The notes under the pieces were generated by a model. It was not told where the DNA came from. It saw only the letters and a list, made by a program, of their open reading frames with translations, and ran no database searches. A DNA stretch of 63,161 nucleotides, filler included, from Choristocarpus tenellus KU-1152 (lineage: Eukaryota > Protista > Phaeophyceae), in the NCBI GenBank assembly GCA_964200185.2. It is 13 parts of 13 records of this genome, joined end to end, with 100 filler letters (N's around TTAATTAATTAA, not from the genome) between each part and the next. Parts side by side here need not be neighbours in the genome. Positions count along the whole stretch, not along the records: positions 3,400 to 14,600 come from CAXNAD020002454.1; positions 14,701 to 19,000 come from CAXNAD020015227.1; positions 19,101 to 23,505 come from CAXNAD020014705.1; positions 23,606 to 26,444 come from CAXNAD020024293.1; positions 26,545 to 34,640 come from CAXNAD020005155.1; 8 more parts are not named here. One strand, written 5' to 3'. The position numbers were made by a program, and so were the translations under genes. Shown here one piece after another: positions 12,743 to 27,086 of this stretch. Position 1 is the first letter of the stretch. Every line of letters begins with the position of its first letter.

Positions 12743-13717
12743 CTGCAAACCATCAAAAAGGTGATCAAATTGCATAACAGGTAAAGCAAAAAAGTACACA
12801 AAGAAAATTGAAACGCTTGACATTGACCTTTCAGTATATGGGTTCAAAAAGTTATCCAAAAACCTTTTTTTCATTTCAGGAGTTACACCGTTTTAACCTC
12901 AACGTCTATCTGGTATCCCTATTTGGTTATTCACTTGACTAGCAGTGGTAACAACATATCAAGCAGTCCCCAACAAGAAAAATTGAAAAATTATAAAACA
13001 ACCCACTTCATCCAAACACAAAGGGAACTTAAGTATGGAAGGCCTAAAATGCATGCATAGCAACAACTCCAGAAGGGACAAACCAAAAGTCAGAAACAGG
13101 TGAAACGCATCTCCAGTATCCGCTGCAGACTTGATACAGTCAACCACTTTCAATTTCAATTTGCACCACCAAACAAATTCACAACCACAACAATAACATG
13201 TCTTCCTCAAAATCAAAGCATGAAACCATTCTACAAAACCCTCTTGTTATTCAAAAAGTTAATGTACCCCTGGTTTGATCGAACTCAATCAGATCCAAAA
13301 ATCAGCACACACTTTGGTTGTAAGCTAATCGGTCATGGACCAACAAGAATAAAAATAAATTGGAGAGCTTGAAACATGAAAGTCAGAAGTACTAAGTAAA
13401 CTAACCCAAATTCTTTGAAAGGTTGCACAATCAAACATTAAGAACTTGTTAAAACACAAATCCTACCCCATCTCAACTTACATCTTTCGTAAGCATGGAA
13501 ATCCAGTAAACCAACTTTAACTCCACTTGGCACTATGACAACTCATTTGTACAAAAATAAAATATAGCAGTAGCAAGCCTTCCTTATCGATACAACATGC
13601 TGTCATTTACCTTTTCGGGAAGATAACATCAGTAAGCTGTTCAAGAAACGAAGTGTGGAAGAAGTTACAAAAACAAATTGGAAATAGATCTAGCGATATC
13701 TAAACCAGGTATAATTT

Positions 13718-13975
13718 GAGTCAAAGTGTCTTAGAGAGTAGAGCCGTGTCCATTTTGGGGCCAATTTCAATGTCGCGATTTTGTTACAATTTTGGCTATC
13801 GTTTTTGTTAGGAAGTGTCAATATCCATTTTCTAGACACACCTTTCACAACATATTCCCTTTACCTACTCCTAAACATTTTGGAGTAGAAAAAATGTCAT
13901 AAACGAACCCATGGGAAGCCAAGCCCCAAATGGACAAACAGGTCAAAACTCGTACCCTCTAAGACACTTTCACTC
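13718..13975. mobile_element. MITE family A (about 260 bp), full copy
   Basis: TIRs GAGTCAAAGTGTCTTAGAG...CTCTAAGACACTTTCACTC. 4-bp TSD ATTT. Confidence 0.85.
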
Positions 13976-14700
13976 ATTTGTTTCAATATCAACAACTAAC
14001 AGATATATTCAAAGTATCAACGGGAAAGTAGAAGTCACATTGCACTGCCAACACCTCCGTTTCGCCTTGTACAAGATGCTAGTGTTTCTTATGGATTGTA
14101 TCTCCATATCAAGAAATTTCCTCAAGCAGAAATTTTGGAGACCAAAAGGTTTGGAGAGTAGAAAGTGAATTGACCATCTTTCTGTTTACTCAATATTAAT
14201 TGAACAGTGCATCATGCCGATTATTATTAGAAATTTACCAATAAACTATTTTATTTTTCCACGTCGGTGCTCTTTTCCCCACTGGGAAATCCATATTTTG
14301 AGGTATTTCTACAATTCACACACTCCACTCCAGTTTGATAGTAAGATCAAATATAAAATAAACTAAAAGTCACATCAATTCTCTCGTTGTCAAATGCTTC
14401 ATTTGCCCGTGTTTGTTGTAGTAATATATGTAGTAGTACCATGATCATTCAATCCAAATATAAAATATATTTGATTGAAGGGTATGTTCACTTTGAAATA
14501 TAATCAGTTACTCATTGCAGTAAATCTCTTTCATAACAAACTAAATGTACCCAGAAGACAGAATCTTCTATATATATCTTAGATCAAGACTATCCTCAGG
14601 NNNNNNNNNNNNNNNNNNNNNNNNNNNNNNNNNNNNNNNNNNNNTTAATTAATTAANNNNNNNNNNNNNNNNNNNNNNNNNNNNNNNNNNNNNNNNNNNN

Positions 14701-14869
14701 GGGGAGGAGGGGGGGAGGGTCTACACCAGGGTGTCCATTAGGACCAAAACCAGGAAAGTGCACTTACATTATCCATCCGACGTATGCAACCAATACACCC
14801 AAAAATCGAGACATGGAAAAAAATTGACCCCAAATGGACAGCCGCCACCACCCCCAGATACTTTGAGCC
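14701..14869. mobile_element. MITE family B (about 180 bp, poly-G/C subterminal tracts), partial
   Basis: Core GTGCACTTACATTATCCATCCGAC. Ends CCCCCAGATACTTTGAGCC. Confidence 0.85.
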
Positions 14870-14870
14870 T

Positions 14871-15093
14871 TAACATCAACACCTTCGCAGTGGAAAGTTT
14901 TGGGCGCCTTGGTAAGCAAGCGGAAAGTTTTCTGGATGAGTTGGCTGCACACGCAGTAGGGGGGAGAGGAGCGAGAGGCTACAGCAGAAAAGGAGCTGTC
15001 AAATCCCGCTTACGACAGATAGTGTGTGTCACAACACAAGTGGCTCTATTAAGACGTGTCATGCGCTTAAATCTGGAGACATCAGGGAGATAA
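14871..15093 (+). mobile_element. 3' remnant of an RLE-type (CRE-like) non-LTR retrotransposon
   Basis: TFAVESFGRLGKQAESFLDELAAHAVGG...KGAVKSRLRQIVCVTTQVALLRRV resembles the C-terminus following the restriction-like endonuclease of algal non-LTR elements. Truncated on the left by a MITE. Confidence 0.65.
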
Positions 15094-15115
15094 GCAAGGA
15101 GGGGGGCCTGTCAGA

Positions 15116-15580
15116 TTCTTGGGATGCTTCCCTAGCTCCTCGCCCTGTGGTGTAGGGCTAAGTTAGGTTGGAGGCATAGGAGGAGAAGGGTGTAGCATAG
15201 CTGGTAGTAAAATATCTTTCACATTTACGACAACTGTTACTTTTTCGAGGATTGTTCTGATATTGAATTGACTTTTATCGGTTTTTCCCCTGACACAACC
15301 GCAAAATGTCAGAGGGCATAATGATATATTTGGCTTGTTGGTTTCTTGGGATGCTTCCCTAGCTCCTCCCCCTATGGTGTAGGGCTAAGCTAGGTTGGAG
15401 GGCAGAGGAGGGGAGTGGTGTAGCATAGCTGGTAGTAAAATACTAAGTAGAAAAATATGTTCATCATTACTTACGACAACTGTTACTTTTTCCAGCAGGA
15501 TTGTTCTGATATTGAGTTGACTTTTCATTTGTTTTTCCCCTGACACAACTACAAAATTTCAGAGGGCATAGTAATATATT
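15116..15580. repeat. About 227-bp diverged tandem duplication
   Basis: TTCTTGGGATGCTTCCCTAGCTCCTC...CAGAGGGCATA..ATATATT occurs at about 15116 and about 15343. Confidence 0.9.
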
Positions 15581-16117
15581 ATAGATAGGTTGGTATAAGG
15601 AGTGAGAACAAAGGGATGAGGGGGATGAAGGGGCAAGTTGGGAGGAAGGTAGGAATTATTTTAGTTGTTGCTTAGTAAGATAGGGAAATTGTGTGAAGTT
15701 GTACTATTAGTACATAGTATTTGACAAAGGATTTCTTGCAAGTGCTCGAAATAAGTAAGGTTGTGAACCAGACCCCATAATAGTCAGCTATATCTGCTAA
15801 ATTGCGATTTTGTTTCAACCACTCTCTATATATTGGCAGACCGATTTTTTGGATATTCCCAAAGGTCCTATTATTCCACATACATACGATGAATGGTGTT
15901 ACCCTCAAAAACTTCACCTGTCGCGGTCCGTCATGAACCAAAGCCTATCTTCTCGTACCACCGTGCACTATGGCCCAAACCAATAATTGTGATTAACTGA
16001 CAAGAGCTGAACCACTTATGTTCGTAGGTCGCTAATTCCCTCGGTTCATAACTCCAACAAAAAAACCCTCCATAAAATAAATTGATTTTCCTCATAAAAA
16101 GTGATGAATGCTTTTCA

Positions 16118-16400
16118 ATGAGCGTGATCGAGTGAAGGAAAACGGTGGCAGGCTAGTGATGTTTGCAGCGATGAACAATCTTGCCCTAGTCATAACATTC
16201 TTCAGTTCAAGTGAGGGCACCAAGGATTCTACACCTTAGTGGACACTAAGGGAAAGAATACTCTGTCGTCTCAACCATACTACTCTATCAACCAGACTGT
16301 AGTCTCGTCTACAAAATGACAATTGTCAACCATACTCCATACTAGGAGTCATGGCATCAGTATCATCTCATTTCTCGGTCGATTTGCCCATAATCAACAG
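16118..16400 (+). mobile_element. LINE (RTE-like) apurinic endonuclease fragment, degenerate
   Basis: NERDRVKENGGRLVMFAAMNNLALVITFF...FLGRFAHN matches the N.NG.RL..FA..N.L...NTFF motif of RTE endonucleases. Frameshifted. Confidence 0.55.
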
Positions 16401-17152
16401 AAGCAAATTAGAAGGATGGGAAGATTTAGGTTCTGGGGCACTTAGTTTTTAAGACGAGGTACATAGATAAGTACTACAATAGTAATCTCCAACTCATAAC
16501 ATTAATAATCTTGTAGGGATCCCCATTCTCGTCAAATGTGTAAGGCATGTTGATCGCATACAAGATCAACAAACTTCTCAGGAGTACAAGCCTTTGCTAC
16601 TGAGCAGGTTCCTTCTCCCAGCTTGATTTCCTGGTCCAGACAACAAGTACATCCACTTGGTCTCGGTTTTGTGGTCGTTGTTGTGGTCCTAGAAATATAT
16701 ATTTTTACAATCCTTGGCGGTCTCCACGTAACACAAGAAAAACGGTTCTTCACATGTAAGTGTTGTTGCAAATTTCACATTTGCAAGAGGAGAAGGAACC
16801 TACCAAAAAGGACAAAACCTCTTCACATACACCCTAAACCTCTTCTCACAATAGTAAGAAGTATACCAAAAGTGAAATAAGAACTTAAAAACACCATATT
16901 TTCAAGTGAAGAATTACTCGCATACATTAATGCTGACACCTCTCCATAGACAAATTCAATACTACCACTACTACTACTACTACTACAAAATTTTATTCCG
17001 TAGTACAACACAAAAGGGACTGTATGTCTATAGCAGTATCAGTTGTACAGTTCCCAACAACACAGTATATATATGACGGTAGTTGACATCTATTACTGTA
17101 CGGTTCATCACTAAATCAGGCACTCTCACTCTCACTCTCGCTCTCTCTCTCC

Positions 17153-17189
<37 letters not shown>

Positions 17190-17316
17190 CTTCATCTCTA
17201 ACTATTCCATTCTACCCTAGATACTAGGTTATCTTGGTCATCATCGTCCTCAACAACCCCATCCCTGATCCCACCTTCACTGATACTCTATACATCCCCC
17301 CTCCCCCCCTCCCTAA

Positions 17317-18828
17317 CGTCATTCTTCCACTAGACCTCTAATTTGTCTTGCACTATCATTTGTGGATGACATCATGAGTGGCACTTCAATGCTGGGAACC
17401 CTCTGCAGTCCTCCCGTAAGGGTCATTGAAAGGTGTCTCTTGGTCCTCTTGCCATCAAGGCTATCATCCTCCTGGAGAGATGCAAATTGACACATGCATA
17501 CGATGAGTAGTTACAAAGGGTTGAAAAGGGAGGAACAGGATACTTGGGACAACCTTACGATCGCTTGGTTTTTTCTGTACCTCTTGATACAACAATTTTG
17601 ACTAATACAAAAAAATATATCTTTGGCTTACTAGACTACCTGTACTAATCCCTCTGGGAAACTACCCATTGGGTTCAATACCATGTACACCACCAAGTTG
17701 CTGCCGCCATATGTTTTCAGTCCACAAAGACCTATATTGGATGAACACGCAAAAAATATCCATCTCCCACGATCTCTGCAATAAAATTACTTTTCAAATA
17801 GTAAAATTTAATAAGTTTAAAACTAATTGTACGTAGAAATGAAGATACGAAAACTCTTCACTGACCTCAATCGCCACCACTATTCTGAATGTGTAGTTGA
17901 AACGGGGATAGGGCACTCACTACTTCAACACACCTTGTGTGTCCTTCACTTTCCCCAAAATAAATTTGGTCAGGGAAAAAAGTAGGATGGAGCATGAGAC
18001 CCCGTACTCTTTTTCCTCTTTAGCTGTCATCTAACTCAAGGGAAGCGGATCCACCCCTCTGCAACAGTCATAGCTTTCTTTTTAGCTCCTTGCCATCTGC
18101 TATTCACAGTCTATTGGATGGTGCAATGAGGGGCAACGGCCCACCTAATGCAGAGATGGCATGCACATCCTCTCACCATGTGGGCTCTGGACAGTTAAGA
18201 TGCACACTGTGGGCCAATCTTCTAAGTTGTATTCACAAAATATTACTTCAAGGTAACAGTGATGATGTTTATACCATACACATTACAGCCCTCCCAAAAG
18301 CATTAAAAAAGTCTAATACAAAAGTTATAGTCCTTTTAGGTTATACACACAGCATGCACTGACCCGCAAACACCAATATGTTGATTATGTCTATCAACTA
18401 ACAAGTTATAACAGGCTTTCTCTTTTCTTCTTACACTATACTTCAAAGTACTTCATGTATGTCTTATCCAGCAGATCATCAGCCTTGCTTTCAGTAGGTA
18501 ACCTCTCATCAAGCATGTGCCAGTCTATGGTCACAGGATTGAGTTGAATATTGCTTGCAATGTCAAAAGGATACTCCTATTTATATACCTGCGAGTACTC
18601 CCATATTTGGTAGCACTCCAGAGCGATCAGGAGCAATCGAAAGCACACACATACACACACACTATAAGATTCTGCTCTAGCCCTTGCCTCATTTCTATCT
18701 GCATATTGGCAGTGACCCATAGTATCCTAGTGGGCAGGTCAGGTGCACATTCGAGGCCTTTGCGACTTTGAAGTGATTTTTATGCCATTAGAGTCAACAT
18801 GTCAGGTGTAAGGGCAATTTCCTTCATC
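17317..18828 (-). pseudogene. Degenerate multi-exon gene remnant, product unknown
   Basis: Several ag-preceded coding-like blocks (MKEIALTPDMLTLMA*..., VYK*EYPFDIASNIQLNPVTIDWHMLDERLPTESKADDLLDK, EDDSLDGKRTKRHLSMTLTGGLQRVPSIEVP...EE*) with internal stops. Confidence 0.3.
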
Positions 18829-19100
18829 TGGATGCACCCTATTTTTTCGCCCCCCTGCCCTGGACAACAATCATCCACAAAATGGGTATCAAACTGGGGT
18901 GTTTTACCATACCTCATCTAGACCCGAATGGACAACCTGGGCTAACCCTCCCCCACCACCCCCCCAACCCCCACCCCCTCCCCGCGCCCCCCACTGCCCC
19001 NNNNNNNNNNNNNNNNNNNNNNNNNNNNNNNNNNNNNNNNNNNNTTAATTAATTAANNNNNNNNNNNNNNNNNNNNNNNNNNNNNNNNNNNNNNNNNNNN

Positions 19101-19289
19101 CATGACATTAGTACTGTATTGTGTTGAGAAACATGACATTAGTACTGTATTGTATTGAGAAACATGACATTAGTACTGTAATGTGTTGAGAAACATGACA
19201 TTAGTACTGTATTGTATTGAGAAACATGACATTAGTACTGTAATGTGTTGAGAAACATGACATTAGTACTGTATTGTATTGAGAAACAT
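19101..19289. repeat. 31-bp minisatellite, about 6 copies
   Basis: Unit CATGACATTAGTACTGTA(T/A)TGT(G/A)TTGAGAAA. Confidence 0.95.
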
Positions 19290-19296
19290 CATGTTA

Positions 19297-19539
19297 GAGT
19301 GAAAGTATCTTAGAGGGTACGAGTTTTGCCCTGTCTGTCCATTTGGGGTTTGGGTTCCCATGGAGGTTATTTATGACATTTTCCTACTCCAAAATGTTTA
19401 GGGTTAGGGTAAAATGTGTACGTTATGAAAAGGTGTGTCTGCAACAAGGATATTGACACTTCCTAACAAACACGATAGCCAAAATTATATCAAAATCGCA
19501 ACATTGGATTTTGGTCCTAACCCTAAGATACCTTGGCTC
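19297..19539. mobile_element. MITE family A copy with telomeric-repeat replacements
   Basis: GAGTGAAAGTATCTTAGAGGG...TAAGATACCTTGGCTC. Flanks GTTA/ATTA. Confidence 0.85.
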
Positions 19540-19961
19540 ATTAGTACTGGAAGGAGTAATCACATTCAGAGACAAATTTCCAAGCATGTGTGAACAATTT
19601 GTGTGTATATTATCTTCTTGATAGTTAATGTGCGGGATGGTGGCCTGGCACCACAGGTGGTCTTTGATTTGATACAAAAATAAATTTAAAATTAGTGAAT
19701 GCCTGCAAGTGTTACGCAGTAGTATAAAATAGTTAATTTATACAGAGAACATAAACTGTAACAATAAGTTTTAAATAAAATAATGTATAGACATTTGTAA
19801 TAATAGTGACAATAGTAATACCGATGACCTATTTCTCGGAAAGCAAGATACACTAGTAAAAAACAGATACAAAAGAAAGAAGACAAAAATAAACAAAACA
19901 AATAACAGTACCAAAAAATTGAAGTATATTGACAGCAGAAGAAACATCGCAGCACATTACA

Positions 19962-19994
<33 letters not shown>

Positions 19995-20175
19995 CGTGAA
20001 GAATAATTGGATCACTCTACTGTACACTACTGGCAAGTACTATCATGGTACATCTATAGACAAGTCTCTTATCTCACAGGTGTTCTCAAAGCACACTTGA
20101 GGCAGCAGCAGCAAAGAAAGGTGATCAAATTGGTAGGGTTAGGGTTAGGGTTAGGGTCATTCATTTTTCCCCCAC

Positions 20176-21960
20176 CTCCAATGAAGCTCGGTTGGCGGCA
20201 CACATGGCATTAATCTTGGCTTGATGAACAGGAACTTGACCACCCTTCTCCTGTAAAAGTGTACACATAAATGATAAATGGAAAGGAAAGCAACAGATTA
20301 GGCTTGTTGATATATCACTGGTTCCAAGGAAGGAGTGTATAATCAATGGTTTGTTTGTACAGCAGATAGAAGCACTTACAAAGTATAAAATAGACAATAA
20401 TGAGTATTGGCAAGTGCCATGTAGTGGTATAAAATAGTTGATTTATACAGAGAGTATGAATGAACTGTAACAATAAATCAAAAGATAAAAAGAAATGTAG
20501 ACAATTGTAATAATGGTGGTCATATTGATGCAGGATTACCTATTTCTCAGAAAGCAAGATACAGTGGGGATGCCTTCAAAAAATCTTACAGGTTCAAAGT
20601 TACTAGCACAAATGGCATTAAACATAGAAGCGGAAAAGGGAACAGAGTCTAGGATAGGGTTAGAGTTAGGGTTAGAGTTAGGGTTAGGGTTAGGGTCAAT
20701 GATTTCATTACAGGTGTTGAGGTTGTCTTGCATAGGATCAATAATGGAGAGATTGAAGTACATGATGAAAGCAAGAAATGAGAATAAGAATGAAATAATC
20801 ATAATCATAATCATAATCATAATAAAAACATTAATAGGAACAACATGAAGATTAACATAACTGAGGGTATGTATTGAGACTGTCTTTCACTGAGTGGCAA
20901 CTAAATAATACTATAAAACTAAGTGGACCACACATAGCATACCTTGTACTACTAGCAATATCAATATTATGTTGACATTGTGATCATTACCATAACCATT
21001 TCTGAGTATTACAATCACAATTATAAACCATTATCACCATTATTGAGTAGTACTATCACAGTAAAAATCATTTATTCTTATTATTATGCACACACATATT
21101 AGATAAACTATACTAGCATGATAAACCTTGCAAATAAAAAAGTGTTGTGTGTGTATGTGGGGGGATTCAATGCCTATGCAAATATCGGACAATGAAAAGG
21201 AGAAAGTAGAGTTGTTCCTGTTCAGGTACTCTTTTTTACTCTTGTCCAGATGGTATGTGCAAATACAAAGTCAACAATAATAGAAATATAATAATAATGT
21301 AAATATTATTAACATTAATAATAAGAACAAGAACAAAATGATAATAAGAACAAGAAGAAAACCAACAAAAACGATAATAAGAACAATAAGAACAATAAGA
21401 AGAAAGACATCAAAAATGATAATAAGAACAAGAACAAAATGATATAATAAGAACAATAAGAAGAACAATAAGAAGAACAACAACAAAAACAAGAACAAGA
21501 ATGGGTGTGAAACATGCCACAGTCCAACCACATTGCCCTCGCCATGTTGCTCACACATCTTACATTCTACCTACCAACATTTCGGGACTGTTCTTCAAAT
21601 ATACTGGTACATAAGAGTACCCTAACCCTAACCATAACCATAACCCTAACCCTAAACCCAACCATAACCCTAAAACAAGTATTCAAACAGACACATATAG
21701 ACATTGCAGGGTACAGCTGTACCTGGAAGGAGGACAAAAATCCCTGAAAACGCCTCTTTATTTCCTTTCTGGTGGCCTCTTGAGCTATCCACTCCCGAAG
21801 GGGTACACCTTGGAAGTCTTCTAGGTTCATCTAAGGGTCCATGATAGGGTTAGGGTTACATTTAAAAAAATGAAAACAATTTGGACAGAGACAGGAGGAC
21901 AAAGATGTGCTAGGGTTGCTGATATAGAACCACTGTGTTGGTTGTCGTTAATAAAAATAT

Positions 21961-21995
<35 letters not shown>

Positions 21996-23407
21996 GGATA
22001 ACAGTTTTAATAGCAATAGTAATAATAACAATAGTAATGACAATAATAATAATAAGAGTTTTGACAACACTAAAAATAACAATAGTTTTAATAACAAAAA
22101 TAATAATACTAACAAAACAATATTACTGTTATTGCTACTATTATCATAGTCTATGTGTTGGAGCTAGGCAGTTAAAAAAGGTCAGGGTTGCAGTGAGACT
22201 CCAAAGACAAGAATTAGACCTCTGCAAGCTCTTGACACGGATAGGATTAGGGGTTGACTCAATTAACTCAAAAATGTTTACATGAACAGTAGTTTTGGTC
22301 AATGATAAGGTCCAAGTTGGATCAATAAAGGGCAATCGACAACTGGATTTCCGTCTCAACTCAGACTCCACAATCTCCAATGGTGCTTACTGCTGTCACA
22401 ACACGCAGAGCTACAGAGTGCTACAGAATGGTGAGAAAAATATGTCTGTATTGTCACTATTATGAAAACTCATGTATTGATTTTAAAGGTTCAGGTTAGG
22501 GATGGACTCATAGACTCCCTATCACTGCTATGACTACAGAGCACTATAGAGCACGACAGTATACAACACTACAGCAGTTTGTTGTACTTTGGGATGGAGG
22601 AGGACTACAATAGTAGAGTACAGACCAATTGATACATAATGACAAGACTCCCCCTTGAACAGCATTCCAACACTGTCACAACACACATGTCTCAAATGCC
22701 AAAAATAGAGACCATCTTTGTTATTCACAAAAAGAAACAAGAAAATGCTGACTCTGCCTCACATCTCCATCTCTCTACAAAAACTATACATACAACATAT
22801 CTCTCTCTATATATATATATGTATGTATCAAGACCCAGTCCACAACAGAAACAGAGAGTGCTACACTTCACTGCCATTCAGATTCAATGAACATCAAACA
22901 TCAACCACATCAAAGCTGGCAGTACTCTTACTTCACTTGCCTTCTTGCACATCCATGCAATACACGCCTTCCATGGAACTACCACACACATCGACTTCTG
23001 TCACCTAGTGCATCCTGATTCGTGCAATGCATGCACATTTCCATTCCAATTGAACACGCACCTTTTACTCTCTTTTTTTTCAGATCCACTCGATTTATGC
23101 TCAAGAGATAACTCTTCAACCAACATCACTACCCACAACTATATACAAATAGACTCACTCATACCTGCTACAAAGAACACAGACATTACAAAAAACTCCA
23201 TACAATAGAAGGCCACAACCAACCTCCATGCCATCATCATCATCATCATCATCATCGCCACCTCCGTCACCACCATCCCCTCCCCCCGCCCCACCACTGG
23301 CAGTCTCCCTCAGTCCCAGCTGTGCCCTACGCCTGCCCCTCTCCTCCTCATCCTCACTGCCAAATTCATCCAAGAACCCTGATATGCGACCACCTCGTTG
23401 AAGGTCT
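20176..23407 (-). CDS. MCM2: DNA replication licensing factor MCM2, N-terminal region, partial (3 exons)
   Basis: Exons 23407-23224 (DLQRGGRISGFLDEFGSEDEEERGRRR...DDDDGME), 21830-21723 (MNLEDFQGVPLREWIAQEATRKEIKRRFQGFLSSFQ) and 20250-20176 (EKGGQVPVHQAKINAMCAANRASLE), GT-AG and in frame. NLE...PLREWI...EIKRRF..FL and IxxMCxxNxxSLE are MCM2 N-terminal motifs. Confidence 0.88.
21285..21500. repeat. A-rich (AAT/AAG/AAC)n low-complexity tract in an MCM2 intron
   Basis: Degenerate AATAAGAAC repeats. Confidence 0.85.
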
Positions 23408-23607
23408 CTACACAAGTGATACCCAGAAATGAGAGTGGGGGGGGGGGGGAAGGGGGGAGGGTCAAGGTAAGGGCGAAAGAATACAGTGAGAACCTGTCTG
23501 TCCACNNNNNNNNNNNNNNNNNNNNNNNNNNNNNNNNNNNNNNNNNNNNTTAATTAATTAANNNNNNNNNNNNNNNNNNNNNNNNNNNNNNNNNNNNNNN
23601 NNNNNCC

Positions 23608-25839
<2,232 letters not shown>

Positions 25840-26544
25840 TAGGGGGAGGAGGGGGGAGACATAACTGTGTGCAGATTGTGGTGATCATTTATTGTGAGGG
25901 ATTGAGGTGTCAATGACATTGTTGGGATGGGCTGTGATGGTGGGTACAGAGGGGTAGGGGGGGTATGTGACTCTACTTGAAGGATGTGGGTAGGGATTGG
26001 AGTGGTTGGGGGGGTGAAGGTGATGTCACTGATGTTGTAGTTACATTGATCTTAATATTGGTAGTAGTGTGTTGTGTCCCTGGCAGGTCTGAAAATGAAT
26101 CAGAAGGGCATTTACTATTATTGCACTGTGGCTGTGATTAAACTCAGGATATGTTTTCCTTGGTCGGTACACAGAGTGGTTGGGTACAGTGAGTTGTGAA
26201 GATTTAGATGATGGGCGACTTTGTTGAGTATGTCTTAATCCACATTTCATGACACTCTGCCGCAAGTAATTGTATAATCGATAGGTTTGCTGCATGCTTT
26301 AATCTGATGCAAAAGGGCAGATGATCAACTTTGCTCTTGAGCTGAACATCATAGGTTATCTCATCACTATACCCCAACACCCCCACCCCCCCCCCCCCCC
26401 ACCCCCCCCCCACCATCTCCCTCTCCTGCGTTCGCCTCTCCGCANNNNNNNNNNNNNNNNNNNNNNNNNNNNNNNNNNNNNNNNNNNNTTAATTAATTAA
26501 NNNNNNNNNNNNNNNNNNNNNNNNNNNNNNNNNNNNNNNNNNNN

Positions 26545-26677
26545 CTTTTCATAACATATACATTTTACCTGCTCTGAATTTTTTTCGAGTGGGAAAATGT
26601 CATACGAACCCCAATGGAAACCAAGCCCCAAATGGACAAACAGGGCCAAATTCGCACCCTCTAAGATACTTTCACTC
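26545..26677. mobile_element. MITE family A, partial (contig start)
   Basis: Ends CCCTCTAAGATACTTTCACTC; internal similarity to the other A copies. Confidence 0.8.
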
Positions 26678-26949
26678 AATATTCGGGAAAGATATGTGTA
26701 CCTAGATTTCGAAACAATTGTCCATGCAAGCACTTCATGCCTTCAAAGTGAAGGTAAAAAACCCACCATATTTATGATGTGCCAGATCTAGAACACCATC
26801 CTTGACAGCTCATATCCGCCCATGAAATTTAGGGTAGGCGATGCTGTACAATAATTTACTGCGTGGCCTTGGTGATACATTGTATATGTGTATGTTCAAG
26901 TATGCAAAATTATGACCAATAGACACTTGTGCCTTGTCAAAAACAATAG

Positions 26950-27086
26950 AAACGTGTATGCTCCTGGGAGGGTATTGCACTATGGCGGGAGAGTGCTGCA
27001 ACGACACAAACGGCACCAAGTGGGCCAAGTGCAAGAAGGGCACCTGCTGCAATAAGAAGAATAGGTCTTGCAAGACTGACGAGTAA
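26950..27086 (+). CDS. Putative cysteine-rich (knottin-like) exon
   Basis: aatag acceptor, then TCMLLGGYCTMAGECCNDTNGTKWAKCKKGTCCNKKNRSCKTD, ending either at TAA 27084-27086 or at donor GA|gtaag. 8 Cys in 43 aa and higher GC than the flanks. Confidence 0.5.

Noticed and set aside
19101-19289. 31-bp repeats as a CRISPR array
   Set aside because: Units are head-to-tail with no unique spacers, there are no cas genes, and the context is eukaryotic.
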